From a virus (lineage: Duplodnaviria > Caudoviricetes): a DNA stretch of 35,308 nucleotides. The stretch lies in IMG/VR virus record IMGVR_UViG_3300048110_000200, positions 1 through 35,308 of that record, one strand, 5' to 3'. Position 1 is the first letter of the stretch. Every line of letters begins with the position of its first letter. The notes beneath the pieces are model-generated. The model ran no database searches. It was not told where the DNA came from and worked only from the letters and a program-made list of their open reading frames with translations. A program made the translations under genes and the position numbers. This document shows positions 34,170 through 35,308 of this stretch, piece after piece.

Positions 34170-35308
34170 TTACGCGGCTATTTCAACGCTATTTGGTTTC
34201 TGTACTATTAGTGAGCCCGTATTGGGTTCGCTAACTACTAATTCTGCTTGGCCTATACTCTCTAAACCTTGTTCTGCAATTCTGCCTAATGCCGCATCAT
34301 ATATTAGCGTTGGTATCGTCGGAGCTCCGCTTAAAATATTATTCGCATTAAATTCGTGACCTTGCACCAAGATAATTTCTGCTAAAATAGGACGACCACT
34401 AAGTAAGCGATCATTCTCTAATTCATGCCCTTGGTTAAATGTAGCTTCGTCAATAATAAAAGCTGAAGATAAAAGTTCATTCGTAGTAAATGTTTCTTCC
34501 TCTGATGCAGAAACTTCTTCAACTATAGGGGGGGCAGTGTTTAAATTTGCAGTTGAGATAACATGGTCGCAAAGCATCACCACATCTGCAATATCAGGAG
34601 AAGAACCCGTTATATCATCTCCAGAAAGGATATTTTCTTCTGTAATATCGGCTTCATCAAGTATATATGCGCTTGAAACTAACGTAGTACCAGAAAGTGC
34701 ATTTTCTTGGGTAATATCAGCAGTGCCCAGAATTGGTTGCAAAGTTACTAAATTTGGCGCTTCAAGAGTTTCCGCCTCAAAAGCTGTTGAATTAGGTACT
34801 GATGGACTGCCTGTATTAATGTTCAAACCATCAAAATTATGACCTTGAATGATAGTAGAGCCAGAGATAGCCACGTTTCCAGTTTCTAAGTCTGAAGTTG
34901 AGAATGTTTCATCTTCTGACATTGGTTGCGCTGGTATAGAAGGAAATCCACTTAATAGCTCCCCAGATTGTACCACATGCTCCTGAAGGATTGTAGCTGT
35001 ACCTAATAATGGTGCGCTTGAAGAAAGATCACCCGTAGTAAATGTTTCCCCTTCGCTAACAAATTGATCTGGAACATCGGGTGCGCCTGAAAGCAATTCA
35101 CCAGTGTTAAATAGATGCTCTTGAGCGATAGTCGCTAGTGATGGGATTGGCCTGTTAGAAACTAAATCAAATGCAGAGAAGGTTTCATCTTCAAACATTG
35201 TTAAAATTTCAACATCAGGTGCTCCAGAAATCAGTTCATTAATTGATATTACATGAGTTTGATCAAAAGATGTAGTTTCAACAGTCGGCAATCCTGAAGT
35301 AAGGCCCT
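34170..35308 (-). CDS. Acidic repeat protein, probable tail fibre/virion appendage (partial)
   Basis: Frame stays open to the window end; roughly 25-aa repeats alternating E-x-ETF and Q-x-H types. Confidence 0.7.
   Translation of the reverse strand, partial: GLTSGLPTVETTSFDQTHVISINELISGAPDVEILTMFEDETFSAFDLVSNRPIPSLATIAQEHLFNTGELLSGAPDVPDQFVSEGETFTTGDLSSSAPLLGTATILQEHVVQSGELLSGFPSIPAQPMSEDETFSTSDLETGNVAISGSTIIQGHNFDGLNINTGSPSVPNSTAFEAETLEAPNLVTLQPILGTADITQENALSGTTLVSSAYILDEADITEENILSGDDITGSSPDIADVVMLCDHVISTANLNTAPPIVEEVSASEEETFTTNELLSSAFIIDEATFNQGHELENDRLLSGRPILAEIILVQGHEFNANNILSGAPTIPTLIYDAALGRIAEQGLESIGQAELVVSEPNTGSLIVQKPNSVEIAA

Noticed and set aside
34170-35308. Diversity-generating retroelement target
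   Set aside because: Repeats are degenerate at protein level; no near-identical template/variable repeat pair and no reverse transcriptase seen.

Overview
AT-rich segment of a tailed dsDNA phage (siphovirus-type, HK97 capsid fold). Its head, tail, terminase and holin genes resemble the GTA-related families of marine Alphaproteobacteria phages; the host assignment is inference. Both ends fall inside tail genes, so the window probably covers most of a circularly permuted genome, and no integrase is visible. Minus-strand late genes: a ParB / glycosyltransferase-like / oxygenase-like / IbrA-IbrB / cytidylyltransferase block, then terS, terL, an extended portal, MuF with a zincin tail, protease, capsid, neck and tail genes. 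A second minus-strand block runs from a tail fibre through five signal-peptide proteins to the lysis genes. Early genes include a replication initiator and loader, Cro-like HTH, Gp157-ERF-SSB, RusA and an island between portal and MuF. Strongest unexplained signal: a predicted ~80-nt plus-strand small RNA (about 22330-22410). Its 17-nt loop is complementary, using only Watson-Crick and G:U pairs, to an (A/G)GGACAA-containing ribosome-binding leader at six dispersed early genes, suggesting an RNA-based master repressor. Other candidates are the modification cassette next to terminase, the secreted fimbria-like module, extra portal domains and a three-way-junction RNA. All calls come from reading motifs by eye; no database search was run.
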